Below are positions 1 to 10,933 of a DNA stretch of 64,000 nt, one piece after another. Positions within the stretch are counted from its first letter, which is position 1, and each line of letters opens with the position of its first letter. Origin of the DNA: an uncultured delta proteobacterium. Lineage in GTDB: Bacteria; Desulfobacterota; Syntrophia; Syntrophales; UBA2185. Location of the stretch: the NCBI GenBank assembly GCA_963695875.1, contig CAVOID010000005.1, forward strand, positions 150,484 to 214,483, given 5' to 3'. A program made the position numbers and the translations under genes. The notes under the pieces were generated by a model. It saw only the letters and a list, made by a program, of their open reading frames with translations. It was not told the origin of the DNA and searched no databases.

Positions 1-400
1 GCCGGCCGGTATGCCTATTTCAGTTCTTGATGAAGTAATCTTATCCATGGATGAGTTTGAGGCTATCCGGCTGGCCGATTTTGATGGGCTTTACCATGAT
101 AAGGCGGCAGAACAGATGAACGTCTCACGGCAGACTTTCGGAAGGATTATTGAAGCGGCACGGCACAAGGTGGCTCAGGTGCTGGTCAAAGGTCTTGCCC
201 TTCGCATTGAAGGAGGTGAAATTGAAATGGCCGAAACGCGAACTTTTAAATGTATGAAATGTCAGCATACATGGAATGTGCCTTTTGGTACAGGCAGACC
301 CGCAATATGCCCGGCATGCAATGATGCTGATATATGCAGAGCTGAAGGGCAGCGAGGACGAGGGAGACCCAGTTGGGCATGCCCGCGTGGCAGGAGATAG
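1..400 (+). CDS. DUF134 family DNA-binding protein with C-terminal Zn-ribbon; 5' end lies outside the window
   Basis: The frame is open from base 2 (PAG-MP..., the DUF134 KPAG motif). Contains EFEAIRLADFDGL..AAEQMNVSRQTFGRII (HTH) and CxxC...CxxC. Confidence 0.85.
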   Translation, partial: PAGMPISVLDEVILSMDEFEAIRLADFDGLYHDKAAEQMNVSRQTFGRIIEAARHKVAQVLVKGLALRIEGGEIEMAETRTFKCMKCQHTWNVPFGTGRPAICPACNDADICRAEGQRGRGRPSWACPRGRR

Positions 401-557
401 CGAAGGTCTTAAGCAGGATACTCACTATCGAGCAACTGTTTATACTTGTATTTGAACCATTAAGATAATGTCTTTGGCGGAGTGAAATGAAGATCGTGCC
501 GCCATCCAATGGGCGATCTTTTCAGACAGTAATGAAGAATAAAGAGGAGATAATAAA

Positions 558-935
558 ATGAAGGTTTGTTTTCCAACTGAAACATTGCAGGGAATGGACA
601 GCAGAGTGTACGGACATTTCGGGTCCGCACCTGGCTTTGTAATTGTGGATACGGGTAAGATGAGCGTGGAAGAAATCAACAATAACGATCTGCACCATAT
701 CCACGGCATGTGTCAACCTCTCAAGGCTCTGGGAGGATTAAAGGTTGATGCCGTGGTTGTCGCCGGTATCGGCATGGGTGCGCTGGCGAAGCTGCAAGCT
801 CAGGGGATCAAGGTTTACCGTGGTGCACAGGGCACAGTTCAGCAAAATATTGATCTCATTCAGAACAATAAGCTGCCGCAATTTTTGGCTGATAACGCCT
901 GTGCAGGCCATTCAGGCGGTGGGTGCGCCCACTAA
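558..935 (+). CDS. NifB/NifX-family metal-cluster-binding protein
   Basis: HFGSAPGF motif, GIGMGA, C-terminal CAGHSGGGCAH; RBS GAGGAG upstream. Confidence 0.85.
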   Translation: MKVCFPTETLQGMDSRVYGHFGSAPGFVIVDTGKMSVEEINNNDLHHIHGMCQPLKALGGLKVDAVVVAGIGMGALAKLQAQGIKVYRGAQGTVQQNIDLIQNNKLPQFLADNACAGHSGGGCAH

Positions 936-971
936 TTGGCATGACCCAGAGGTTAATAAAGGAGATAGATT

Positions 972-2663
972 ATGTCGTTTAATGTACTTATTATCGGTGG
1001 AGTGGCCTGCGGGCCCAAAGCCGCATCGAGATTAAAACGCCTGCGTCCTGACGCGGACATCACAATTATCGAGAAGGGCAAAATGGTATCTTACGGAGCC
1101 TGCGGACTGCCATATTTTGTGGAGGGGGTGTTTTCCGAAATTGATACACTCATCAAGACACCAGTGGGTGTTCCCAGAACGCCCGCCTTTTTTGAAAAGG
1201 TGAAAGGGGTCAAGGTTCTTACACAAATCGAAGCTCTGAAAATTGATCAGGGTAAAAAGGTGGTGCATGTAAAAAACCTGGAAACCGGTGCCGAAGAGGA
1301 TATGGGCTACGACAAACTTGTTTTGGCCACCGGAGGGTCTCCGTGCCGGCCAAACATTCCAGGCCTTGATCTCAAGAACGTGTGGTTCATGGCGCATCCC
1401 GATCATGCCCTCAGTTTGAAAAAAGAGATTGCGGTGCAGGGTTTGAAAAAGGCCGTCCTGGTCGGGGCCGGGTTTATTGGCATTGAATTAGCGGAAGCTC
1501 TTGTTCGTCAGGGGCTTGAGGTGACAGTTGTCGAGATGTGCGATCAAATTATGCCCGGCGTTCTGGACAAGGATGTAGCCATGTTTGCCGCTAAACATTT
1601 GCGTCAGAAGGGCGTAAACCTTATTCTGGGAGAGTGCGTTACCGGAATTGAAGGCACGGAAAAGGCAGCCGCGGTCAAAACCACCAAGCAAAGCATCCCG
1701 GCGGATGTCGTAGTCGTTGCGGTTGGAACACGCCCCAACGATAAACTGGCAAAGGAAGCCGGGCTTTTGTGTACTCAGCAGGGTGGCATTGTCATTAACG
1801 AATATTGCCAGACGAGCAATAAAGATATTTATGCGGGCGGCGATTGCGTGGTGAACCGGTATGTGAATGGGAGCTTTGGCGCCCTTCTTTATGTACCCTT
1901 GGGGTCGACGGCCAATAAACATGGCAGGGTCATTGCTAACCATATAGCAGGCTTGCCCACTCCGTTCAACGGTATTGCGTGCACCGCCATCGTCAGGGCC
2001 TTTGATATTACCATCGGCAGAACCGGCTTAACGGAAAGACAGGCTCGTGAGTTGAAAATGGATATAGAAACATTTACCCTGACGGGTCCTGATTTACCTC
2101 ATTATATGCCGGACAACAAACCTCTGGTCATCAAAATGATCGCCTCCAGAAGGGATCGAAAACTGATCGGCGTCCAGGTGGCGGGGCCCGGCAATGGCGC
2201 AAAGCGCCTGGATGTGGCAGCGAGTATGATACTAATGGGCGGCACCATGGATCAGCTTGCCGATGTGGATTTTGGTTATGCACCGCCATATAGCACGGCA
2301 CTTGATCCTCTGGCGGCATGCGCGCATATGTTAACCAACAAACTGGATGGTATTGCTGACGGCGTCTCAGCCCTTGAGGCGAAGGAACGTATAGAAAAGG
2401 GCGATGTCCTGTTGTTGGATGTGCGGACTCCCGACGAATTCCAGACTATGCAGTTGCCTTACGATGTTCTCCACATTCCACTGGGCGCGCTAAGAGGCAA
2501 GGCTGCTGAACTGCCCAAAGACAAAGATATCCTCGCTTTCTGCAAGATAAGTCTGCGCGGCTATGAGGCGCAAAGGATTCTAAACGCCGCCGGATTTGAC
2601 AGGGTGCAATTCATCGAAGGGGGCATTGTAGGATGGCCGTTTGAAGTAAAGATGTTGAAATGA
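972..2663 (+). CDS. CoA-disulfide reductase/rhodanese fusion (CoADR-RHD/Npsr-like FAD-dependent oxidoreductase)
   Basis: GGVACG FAD motif, SYGACGLPY redox Cys, GAGFIG NADH motif, YAPPYS, and a C-terminal rhodanese domain (LLDVR...FCKISLRG). Confidence 0.9.
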   Translation: MSFNVLIIGGVACGPKAASRLKRLRPDADITIIEKGKMVSYGACGLPYFVEGVFSEIDTLIKTPVGVPRTPAFFEKVKGVKVLTQIEALKIDQGKKVVHVKNLETGAEEDMGYDKLVLATGGSPCRPNIPGLDLKNVWFMAHPDHALSLKKEIAVQGLKKAVLVGAGFIGIELAEALVRQGLEVTVVEMCDQIMPGVLDKDVAMFAAKHLRQKGVNLILGECVTGIEGTEKAAAVKTTKQSIPADVVVVAVGTRPNDKLAKEAGLLCTQQGGIVINEYCQTSNKDIYAGGDCVVNRYVNGSFGALLYVPLGSTANKHGRVIANHIAGLPTPFNGIACTAIVRAFDITIGRTGLTERQARELKMDIETFTLTGPDLPHYMPDNKPLVIKMIASRRDRKLIGVQVAGPGNGAKRLDVAASMILMGGTMDQLADVDFGYAPPYSTALDPLAACAHMLTNKLDGIADGVSALEAKERIEKGDVLLLDVRTPDEFQTMQLPYDVLHIPLGALRGKAAELPKDKDILAFCKISLRGYEAQRILNAAGFDRVQFIEGGIVGWPFEVKMLK

Positions 2664-2779
2664 CGTTAGAACCGGAGTCCGCCCTCGAATGCCCTTGTCG
2701 GGGACGGGAAATGACTATAAAGAGATGAGGACCAGGAAATTCAACCTTAAGAAAATAAAAAGATTACTTATCGGAGAGT

Positions 2780-3403
2780 ATGGAAAAGAGAGATTTTGAC
2801 AAGAGTGCTGAATCCTATGATCTGAAATCCGGACGGGTCAAACTGGCACAGGACGTGGCGAAAGCCATAATAAATGAAGTCAGGCTTACTCATGATATGG
2901 ACGTCCTTGATTTCGGGTGTGGAACGGGTTTGGTTACATTGCAACTGCAACCTTATGTACGAACTGTTACCGGTGTTGACTCGTCTCACGGCATGCTTGA
3001 TGTTCTTAGATCCAAAATCGATGAGCAGAAGCTGAACAATGTCAAAACCGAATTTATTGATATTGAAAAGGGAGATGTGCTGAAAGGCAGATTTCACATC
3101 GTTGTCAGCAGTATGACACTGCATCATATCCAGGACATCGGATACCTTTTCAAGGAGTTTTACAACTGTCTTTTATCAGGAGGATATTTATGTATCGCGG
3201 ACCTGGATTCCGATGGAGGCGAGTTTCACAGCGATAAAACAGGAGTAGTCCATTTCGGTTTTAACAGATCAGACATTCGCCAGCTTTTTATTCAGGGCGG
3301 ATTTCAGGATGTGCGGGATGTAACAGCGGCCAGAGTTGTAAAGGATTTGTCTGATGGCCGGTCACGAGAATTCACGGTTTTTCTCATGATTGCAAGAAAA
3401 TGA
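2780..3403 (+). CDS. Class I SAM-dependent methyltransferase
   Basis: VLDFGCGTG motif I; SSMTLHHI. Confidence 0.9.
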   Translation: MEKRDFDKSAESYDLKSGRVKLAQDVAKAIINEVRLTHDMDVLDFGCGTGLVTLQLQPYVRTVTGVDSSHGMLDVLRSKIDEQKLNNVKTEFIDIEKGDVLKGRFHIVVSSMTLHHIQDIGYLFKEFYNCLLSGGYLCIADLDSDGGEFHSDKTGVVHFGFNRSDIRQLFIQGGFQDVRDVTAARVVKDLSDGRSREFTVFLMIARK

Positions 3404-3466
3404 TGATTGACTGTATAAAGGAATAACGGGAAAAAGGCCTGCCAATTTCGTTTCACGGAGACATAA

Positions 3467-4030
3467 ATGAAACCAGCAATCGTTATTGTCGACATGCTTA
3501 AGGATTCATTGGAAGCTGAACCGGGGTTTCCGATCACCCCTCTTGCCCGTGGCATCTGCCCGAATATCAACCGGCTGACGGAATTCGCCAGGAACAGGTC
3601 CATTCCGGTGATTTTCTCAATGGACAGTTTCCTGAAGGGAGACTTCATCTTCCGGGGAAAGATGAAAGAGCGATCCATACGAGGTACACGGGATGCGGAG
3701 GTTACGGATCTGCTGTTTCAAGCGGAAACCGATATTTACAGCCCCAAGCGCAGGTTCAGCGCTTTCTACAAGACGGACATGGATCAGATTCTCAGACTGC
3801 ACGGAGTGGACACCGTTGCGATCTGCGGCATAAGCACCCACTGGTGCGTCCTCGTCACGGCCCTTGACGCCCTGGCGAATGACTTTCAGGCCTGTATCCT
3901 TGAAGACTGCTGCGCTGCCTTCACCAGGGAAATGCATGAAACAACCCTGAACCTTTACCGCAACAACCCGCTCTACCCCCTTTTCAGAATTATGACGTCC
4001 GCTGATTTCATGAAGGAAATGCAGCCTTAA
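3467..4030 (+). CDS. Isochorismatase/cysteine hydrolase family protein
   Basis: IVIVDM, KRRFSAF and GISTHWCV catalytic motifs. Confidence 0.88.
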   Translation: MKPAIVIVDMLKDSLEAEPGFPITPLARGICPNINRLTEFARNRSIPVIFSMDSFLKGDFIFRGKMKERSIRGTRDAEVTDLLFQAETDIYSPKRRFSAFYKTDMDQILRLHGVDTVAICGISTHWCVLVTALDALANDFQACILEDCCAAFTREMHETTLNLYRNNPLYPLFRIMTSADFMKEMQP

Positions 4031-4097
4031 ATCTTCAGCTGAACCGGGAACAGTAATTTGGCCTTGCGCCGTGACAGGAATTGATTCCTGAAATCCT

Positions 4098-4130
4098 CCT
4101 CACTCAGACCTGAGCGGGGTTTTATTTTTT
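4098..4130 (+). terminator. Probable intrinsic terminator
   Basis: Imperfect hairpin CCTCACTCA-GACC-TGAGCGGGG followed by a T-rich tract, just after the 5-gene cluster. Confidence 0.55.
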
Positions 4131-4430
4131 TCGACTTTTATCAACGAATCTTATGTAACCAATAGGTCATATGTTTTTTATTGAAAGAAATACTTCGATC
4201 TTTTGAACTACAATGCAAGACTTCCTTTCTCAGAGTGGGGCATTATTACTCAATGGGCGAGGAAAAGTATCTCAGCAGAGGAAGAAAATTCCATACTCGT
4301 CTTTCAATAACTTATTATTATCATGGGGGAGTAATATTATTTTTCGTCCTGGTATAGATAATGCAATATTACAAATAAATGAAATTAAAGCAGGTCAGCT
4401 TTATTTTACAAGTTTCAGGAGGTGTCAGCT

Positions 4431-4987
4431 ATGAAGAAACATATGTTCACTGCGATAGGCATCGGAAGCGTGCTTCTGATGTTTACCTTCTTTTCACCGG
4501 CGATAACTAATGCCGAGGTCAATGTCGACGTTAGGGTTGCATTACCACCCCTCTTTATACCTGCACCTCCTCATTTGGTCGTGGTACCGGACACCTATGT
4601 GTATTATCCGCCTGACCAGAACGTAGATATATTCTTCTATCACGGTTACTGGTATCGCCCGCACCATGGGTACTGGTATAGGGCTCGGAATTATAACGGA
4701 CCGTGGGGTCATATCGTCAGCAATAGGGTGCCCCGTGCTGTGATTGGGGTTCCATCCGGTTTCCGCCATGGCCCTATGTACGAACGTGTACCTTACGGAC
4801 AAGTGAAGAAGAACTGGCGGGGATGGGAGCGTGATCGGCACTGGGACAGAGGCAGACATGAAGGCAAACACGGAGGATGGGAGAAAGGTGAAGGTCGAGG
4901 AGAACAGAAAGGTGAGCAAGAGATAGAAGGGACTTCCGTGAAGGCGAGCATGGGGGAGGAGAAAGGGGCGAACATAGAGGACGGTAA
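4431..4987 (+). CDS. Secreted Pro/Trp/Arg-rich hypothetical protein; probable frameshift near 4919
   Basis: AGGAGG RBS precedes ATG 4431; signal peptide. The low-complexity R/G/E/H tail continues in a shifted frame (RDRRDFREGEHGGGERGEHRGR*, stop at 4985-4987). Confidence 0.65.
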
Positions 4988-5112
4988 GATAAAATCCGCT
5001 CGTATAGACTTCTGCTCCCACGCTTTTAAGTAGAATGTAAACAAAGTTGACAAGCACTTTAATTTATGTTATACGTTGTAAAATATTTACTATTTTGTCG
5101 TGGAGGCCCTAA

Positions 5113-5478
5113 ATGAGAATGCTGGTCGTGGATGATGACCCCGGTATTGTGAATATCTTGTCTTTATCGCTGAAGCAGTCTGGCCATGAAGTGGATGAGG
5201 CGTTTGACGGGTCCGAGGCTGTGACGTGGCTCCAGAGCAATTCATACGACGTTGCTATTATAGATGCCATGATGCCTAAAATGAACGGCGCAGAAGTCTG
5301 CAAATTCATAAAGTCTAGATTTCCAGCTACGTATATCATCGGTACGAGCGGCTACTCTGAGTCTCTTAAAAAGCTTAAAAATGAAGGCGCCGATATATGC
5401 TTCACCAAGCCTTTCACTATAGAACAAATACAAAGAGCCGTAAAAATTCATTTTCATTCTGCCTTGCCCGATTCTTAG
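5113..5478 (+). CDS. Single-domain response regulator receiver
   Basis: VVDDD, IIDAMMP (phospho-Asp), TKPF. Confidence 0.88.
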   Translation: MRMLVVDDDPGIVNILSLSLKQSGHEVDEAFDGSEAVTWLQSNSYDVAIIDAMMPKMNGAEVCKFIKSRFPATYIIGTSGYSESLKKLKNEGADICFTKPFTIEQIQRAVKIHFHSALPDS

Positions 5479-5702
5479 CCCCAATGAATCATACAGTGCA
5501 GATGTGCTTCTTGATAGTTACGCCTTTCAATTCGAAAGCATGTATACTTCCCGAATTTTATCAAATGTAAGTTTCAGAAAGAACTTTGTTTTCTGCTAAG
5601 GCAGGGCGCCTGACCGAAAGAGGTCTTCTATCACCGCATACACCTGCAATCTCCTCAATTTATTTGACGAGATTATACCGATGATTACGCCTTGAAATGC
5701 GC

Positions 5703-5735
5703 AAAAAAAAGGCAGAGCCATCTGACTCTGCCTTT
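5703..5735 (-). terminator. Intrinsic terminator, member of a 3-copy family
   Basis: Minus strand reads GGCAGAGTCA-GA-TGGCTCTGCC-T8. Confidence 0.7.
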
Positions 5736-5979
5736 GATGTTTTACAATTGTAGCTGACGCAAAGACTCTCCCTGCAAGCCGATCCGGTTTTTCCTGCCTT
5801 ACCACTTTGAGATTTTAAGGGTTCACCAGTGCCGGTTTCACTTTTATCGGGAACCCCAGGGGCAGCGGAACGGCAAGTCAGTTCGACTCTGGGATCTTTT
5901 TTCCCAGATGCGAGCATGGGACTCGCGATGGACACCCGCTCCAGGTCTCTCTGCCCCAGCACCGCCACACAGAAGCAGC

Positions 5980-7150
5980 TTAGCGGATCGGCCCGCGCAT
6001 GGATGCCGGGTGGCCAGGCAGTTGAAGTCGCTTGCCGGTATCCGTGACCTTCGTGCCGTCCACCTTCAGGATGGATACGTCGCCGTCAAGGAAGTTGCCG
6101 ACGTAGAGGTACTTTCCGTCCGGGCTGAAAACTGCCCCCTCGGGAAGTCCCCCGCACCACGACCTCGCCGATCTTCGTCACTTTCTTGCCGTTGATCTTT
6201 AGCACCGCCACGCTGCCGTTGCGTTTGTAGAACCAAGCGGTCTTGGCCGAGTTGCCACCCCCGATCAGGAGTGCCACGGCGATCTTGCCCGTGGGGCTGA
6301 TAACGAAGCCCTCCGGCCCATCCCCGACCACGACATGGTCGATGACGCGCGGGGGGGTTGCCTCGAGGTCGATTATACTTACCGTGTCCACCTGCCCGTC
6401 CGCGGCGCCCGCGTTACCGTTGTTCGCAGAGATGGCCAGCTTGCCGTTCGGGGTGACGGCGACGTTGTAGGGCCAGAGGCCGACATTCATGTCATACTTC
6501 TTGTAGGTCACCTTCTGCCCGTCCACCTCCAGCAACGCCACCTTGTGTCCGGGGAACTTCGCCGCCAGAGCGCGCTTCCCGTCCGGAGTGAAGGCCACAG
6601 CGGCCACCTGCTCGCCCATGGGCACCGTGTCCACAAGCTTCACTTCCTTCCCCTCGATGGAAAGCACGCTGATGGAGTTGTCCGCCCGGTTGGTTACCAG
6701 TGCGAGGTTGCCGGCCCGGTTGATGTCGAGGCCGGAGGGCTGCTTGCCCACCTCAACGGTGGCGATGTGGCTGGGCGGGCTTGTCGTGAGATCGATGACG
6801 TAGAGCTTGTTATCGGGCACGAACTTCCACCCCGCCCCATCCGGCACGGAGTTGACGGAGTTCGCCACGATGGCCAGCCGCCGATCCGGCGTGATGGCCA
6901 GGTTCGTGGGCGGGCCGAAAACCGAGTTGGTCAGCGGAAGGTTGGCGATGATCCGCGGCGATTCCCGCTTGGAGATGTCCACGATGGAGACCGTGTCTTT
7001 GCCGGGAGCTGTGGGCACAACCTTTCCGGCGTCGTCCCACGTCGCTTTCTCGTCGTTGCCGATGATCATAAGCTGCGCGCTCGCAGCCAAGGGAAAGACC
7101 AGAAGCAGCATTATGATCGCAATGATTAATCGGATGTTATTATGTTTCAT
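5980..7150 (-). CDS. Secreted YncE/YVTN-type beta-propeller protein; +1 frameshift in the C-run at 6149-6153
   Basis: Signal peptide and repeated (V/I)(T/S)PDG blades. After the shift the repeats continue (GLPEGAVFSPDGKYLYVGNF...MRGPIR*). Confidence 0.8.
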
Positions 7151-7425
7151 GACTTTCTCCTTTCCTTTTTTGATAAAGACTCGCTTTGGGGTCCGATAAG
7201 AATACGGAAAACGGGGTTCAATGTCAAAACAAAACGATAACAGTTATGGAGGAATGTTTTAGGCCAGTATTGCAGCTAACGATTATCAAGTGAAATCTTG
7301 CATCACGGTCGCAATCTGTCAGCCAATGACTTAGGGAAGTTATAGGTAACACCGTCTATCCCCAATCTTACTCATGGTACGCAAGAATGATAAGGATGAA
7401 CTAGAATGTCTAAACCGGAATATCG

Positions 7426-7830
7426 CTAAATGAACGATACCTCTTGTGTCGCTGCCGAGACTACGAAACAGCGTTCATTGTTGGATTGAGAATCAGCTGG
7501 ATGTATGAAGAAGCCGGGGCGGCCCGGCTGATATCCATGGGTCGTGCCTACTAGAACTTCCCCATCCTTAAAAATTACCCGGATCTTGCGCCCAACAACC
7601 GTTTTATCGGCTTCCAACTCTTTTTTATCGTTATACTCCGGATTTCCTTCAAACGTTTTGACAAAAAAAACGGCTTTGAGCTCCTGTATGGACACCTTGA
7701 TAGTCTTGGTTCCTGGCGGTGCATTCACGGGGGAAAGATGGAACAAATCCTTGTTAGGAAAAAAGTCACTGGTCACACCCTTATTAATGCGCCCGTCTTG
7801 ATAGCGAACCACGATCTTATTTTGGATCAT
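7426..7830 (-). CDS. Conserved hypothetical protein with a duplicated beta domain (DUF6982-like)
   Basis: GGAGG RBS before ATG 7830; internal repeat KIVVRYQDGR..KG / KIRVIFKDGE..VG. Confidence 0.65.
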   Translation of the reverse strand: MIQNKIVVRYQDGRINKGVTSDFFPNKDLFHLSPVNAPPGTKTIKVSIQELKAVFFVKTFEGNPEYNDKKELEADKTVVGRKIRVIFKDGEVLVGTTHGYQPGRPGFFIHPADSQSNNERCFVVSAATQEVSFI

Positions 7831-8382
7831 CTGCACCCTCCTTGGATGTAATCTACTTTAACATATAAATAGCAAATTTCAGAAGTAAATACTGCATATC
7901 ATTTAACCTTCACACAAATTTTATACCACATTTTTAATTATAGTTCTGCAATTTTGATAAATTTCAATCTCGGTGCTGGAGTCAAATTTTTCATTTGCTA
8001 CTGAAGGGATTTTTTCTTTTGACAGGCGTCTTTTAAATTGGTGACACTATTACCTATCCTTTTTACCCAATCTTTTGTCCTGCTATTGGTAGGTTATACC
8101 TACAATTGTTCTATACGTTTAACACACATTGTGTTCCGCTGATTGTGGTGCTACTTAACACAAAATGATCTAATAAAAATAACAGGTGTGCGACGAAGAT
8201 TTCCATAGCCGTAGATTTCGAACGGGGATTGGATTAGGGGCGCTCAGCAGATCAAGAAATCCTTCGCATATGAACCAGCGCGGGTACCGGGGCACCTTGT
8301 TCTCTACAATAGTTATTGAGCTGTGGAATGCAAGCGCTGCCATCATGAGGCCAAAAGGGGCACCAATTCTTTATAATTTAAT

Positions 8383-9783
8383 TTGGAGATGGAGAAGCGA
8401 TTATTGTTAAAAATAACCGGTGCCGGCAGAGCGGCTGTGATAACGGTGAGCCTCTTCATAACCCTGCTTGTTGTTGTGCCAAGAGTCACCGGAGACGAAC
8501 GGGCACTTTCCCTGACGGAAGCCATTGCGATTGCGCTGAAGGATAATCATGAGCTGAAGGCTTTCGGTTATGCACTCAGTGCCGAAGGCGAGAATGTCGG
8601 CATAGCCCGAAGCGCACTCCTCCCCCGTCTTTCTTTCGAAGAGCGTTACATGCGGACGAATAACCCGCCGGCTTCGTTTGCCGCAAAGCTCAACCAGCAG
8701 CGCTTCTCGCAGCAGGACTTTGCCATCGATACACTTAATAACCCCAGTCCGATTGACGACTACCAGACTTCTTTCCTTATTCAACAGCCCCTTTTCTCCC
8801 GGAAAGCCATGCTTGGTCTCGATATGTCAAGGGTTCAGCGGGAGGCCAGAGAGAAGGAATTTAGCCGCAAGAAGCAGGAGATCGTCTTCCACGTCGTCAA
8901 GACATTTCTTTCTGTGCAGACGGCGCGGGAGCATGTTTCGGCAGCTGACCGTGGTATAGAGGATGCCCTGGAGCACAAACGGATAGCGCAACTGCGCTAT
9001 GATACCGGTCTGGGTCTCTATTCCGATGTTTTGAGGACATCCACGGCGCTTGCCGAGGCACAGCAGAAACTCATCAGTGCAAATACTTCGCTAAATGTCT
9101 CCAGAAGGGCGCTGGGCTTGCTCCTCGGGCTTTCTGAGCCGGTCGGTGTCTCCACAGAACCAGTTGAACTTCCTGAGAGAACACTCGAGACCCATGTGCA
9201 GTTGTCGTCTTCACGAAATGACGTGAAGGCTGTCGAACTCTATGTTGAGAACGCGCGAAACAATGTCAGACTTACCGAGGCCGGTTATTTCCCGACAGTA
9301 AGCGTGGACGGCTCATACCAGTTCAACGACCACCGGCAGCCATTCGGCTCTGAAGGTGAAAGCTGGGCTGTGCAGGCTTTTCTTCGCTGGGAACTCTTTG
9401 ACGGCTTCAAGCGTGAAAAGGAACGGGCAAAGGCAAAATTCCAGGTTTCCCGTACAGAAGAACAGCTGGCGGCCCTCATAAAAGTTGTGTCATTCCAGGT
9501 CTACGAGGCATACCTTGGCGTGGAGGAGACCAGGAAAAACGTGGATCTTGCCGCATCGGCCCTCCGGACATCAGAAGAGGGTAAGCGCCTGGTGCAGATG
9601 AGATATAATGGCTCCCTCGCCCCGATCGTGGATCTTCTCGATGCCCAGTCAAACCTGGACCGCGCCAGGGCGGCGTATATTGTACGCCTGAACGATCACC
9701 GTCTTGCGCGCGCTCATTTAAGTTACCAGAGCGGCTCGCTGCTTGCGGATCTCGATATCGTACAGGAGAAGCCGGAGGAATGA
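8383..9783 (+). CDS. TolC-family outer membrane efflux protein
   Basis: LSLTEAIAIAL, LLPRLSF and DLLDAQ OEP motifs; first gene of an efflux operon. Confidence 0.9.
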   Translation: MEMEKRLLLKITGAGRAAVITVSLFITLLVVVPRVTGDERALSLTEAIAIALKDNHELKAFGYALSAEGENVGIARSALLPRLSFEERYMRTNNPPASFAAKLNQQRFSQQDFAIDTLNNPSPIDDYQTSFLIQQPLFSRKAMLGLDMSRVQREAREKEFSRKKQEIVFHVVKTFLSVQTAREHVSAADRGIEDALEHKRIAQLRYDTGLGLYSDVLRTSTALAEAQQKLISANTSLNVSRRALGLLLGLSEPVGVSTEPVELPERTLETHVQLSSSRNDVKAVELYVENARNNVRLTEAGYFPTVSVDGSYQFNDHRQPFGSEGESWAVQAFLRWELFDGFKREKERAKAKFQVSRTEEQLAALIKVVSFQVYEAYLGVEETRKNVDLAASALRTSEEGKRLVQMRYNGSLAPIVDLLDAQSNLDRARAAYIVRLNDHRLARAHLSYQSGSLLADLDIVQEKPEE

Positions 9784-9784
9784 A

Positions 9785-10930
9785 ATGAATGACCACATTT
9801 GCTTGAAGGAGAGAATGCAGAAGATGATGTTCCGGGCAGGAAGACGCTATGTCTCATTGTCAATGGCACTCATGAGTTTTATGGCCATGGCGATGTTTGT
9901 CGCGGGATGCGGTGAAAAGGTCTCACCGGGAACGGCAGCAGTGGAGCGCATACCCGTTTCAGGCGTTACCATCGCCGACATCAAGCCTTCACAAGTCGAT
10001 GATTACTATGAGACATCGGGAACGGTCAAAGCAAGGAATATCGGCGTCATTTCAAGCAAGACCATGGGAAGCATCACCTTTATTGCCGTCAAGGAAGGTG
10101 AGCAGGTGAAGAAGGGGCAGGTTCTGCTCACGATTGACGACCGTGATGTGGCCGAAAAGGTCAGGGCGGCTCAGAATGCGGTTGCCTCCGCACAGGAGCA
10201 AAAGAAATTGGCCGATGTAACCCTGGGACGCTACAAAAAGCTATATGATGAAAAAGCCCTCTCACGGCAGGAATTCGACCAGGTAGAAACTCAGAAGAAT
10301 GTGGCAGAAAGCGAGTACGAACGGGCAAAGGCGATTCTGAGGGAAGCGGAGGCCATACAGGGATATACCCGTGTGAGGGCGCCATTCTCAGGTATAGTCA
10401 CGGGCAAGAAGATTGACACTGGAAGCATGGCAGTTCCGGGCATGCAGCTTTTGACCGTCGAAGACACCTCTGCGTTTCTTGTCGAGGCCGCTATGGACGA
10501 AAGGCTTGCCGCGCACATTAAACCCGGTATTCCGGTAAATGTTGCGATTGACTCAATTAACAGGAACATGAATGGTCGGATCTCAGAGGTGGTACCCTCA
10601 ATCGACCCATCGACAAGAACATTCGTCGTCAAGATCACGGTGAGTGGGGCGGGGCTGAAAACAGGTCTCTATGCCAGGGTCAGAATCCCGACCGGCAGAC
10701 GGGAGGCGCTCACTGTGCCCGCCTCTTCAATTGTTGAAAAAGGCCAGCTCACGGGCGTATACGCCGTGGACGCGAAAGGGATCGTCGCTTACCGCCTTGT
10801 GCGCATCGGCAATAATTTCGGCAACAGCGTGGAAGTCCTTTCCGGGCTTGTTCCCGGAGACAGAATCATCGTCGCGGGACTGGAAAAGGCTGTAGACGGG
10901 GGCATCATGACCGAGACACAGGGTAAATGA
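9785..10930 (+). CDS. RND periplasmic adaptor (MFP) lipoprotein; start uncertain
   Basis: Lipobox FVAGC, VKEGEQVKKGQVL, RAPFSGIV, DPSTRTF, VLSGL. Confidence 0.9.
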   Translation: MNDHICLKERMQKMMFRAGRRYVSLSMALMSFMAMAMFVAGCGEKVSPGTAAVERIPVSGVTIADIKPSQVDDYYETSGTVKARNIGVISSKTMGSITFIAVKEGEQVKKGQVLLTIDDRDVAEKVRAAQNAVASAQEQKKLADVTLGRYKKLYDEKALSRQEFDQVETQKNVAESEYERAKAILREAEAIQGYTRVRAPFSGIVTGKKIDTGSMAVPGMQLLTVEDTSAFLVEAAMDERLAAHIKPGIPVNVAIDSINRNMNGRISEVVPSIDPSTRTFVVKITVSGAGLKTGLYARVRIPTGRREALTVPASSIVEKGQLTGVYAVDAKGIVAYRLVRIGNNFGNSVEVLSGLVPGDRIIVAGLEKAVDGGIMTETQGK

Positions 10931-10933
10931 CAA

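Noticed and set aside
558..935. Nitrogen fixation inferred from the NifX-like protein
   Set aside because: No nif genes are nearby, and this family is common in non-diazotrophic anaerobes next to DUF134.
5750..5830. c-di-GMP-I riboswitch suggested by GACGCAAAG
   Set aside because: The upstream GGCAAA/GAAA-tetraloop stem is absent and there is no downstream gene on the plus strand.
6335..7129. Long antisense and overlapping ORFs (also 33538..34410, 40894..41721, 50154..50840, 55073..55954)
   Set aside because: They shadow well-supported genes on the opposite strand and contain no recognisable motifs.
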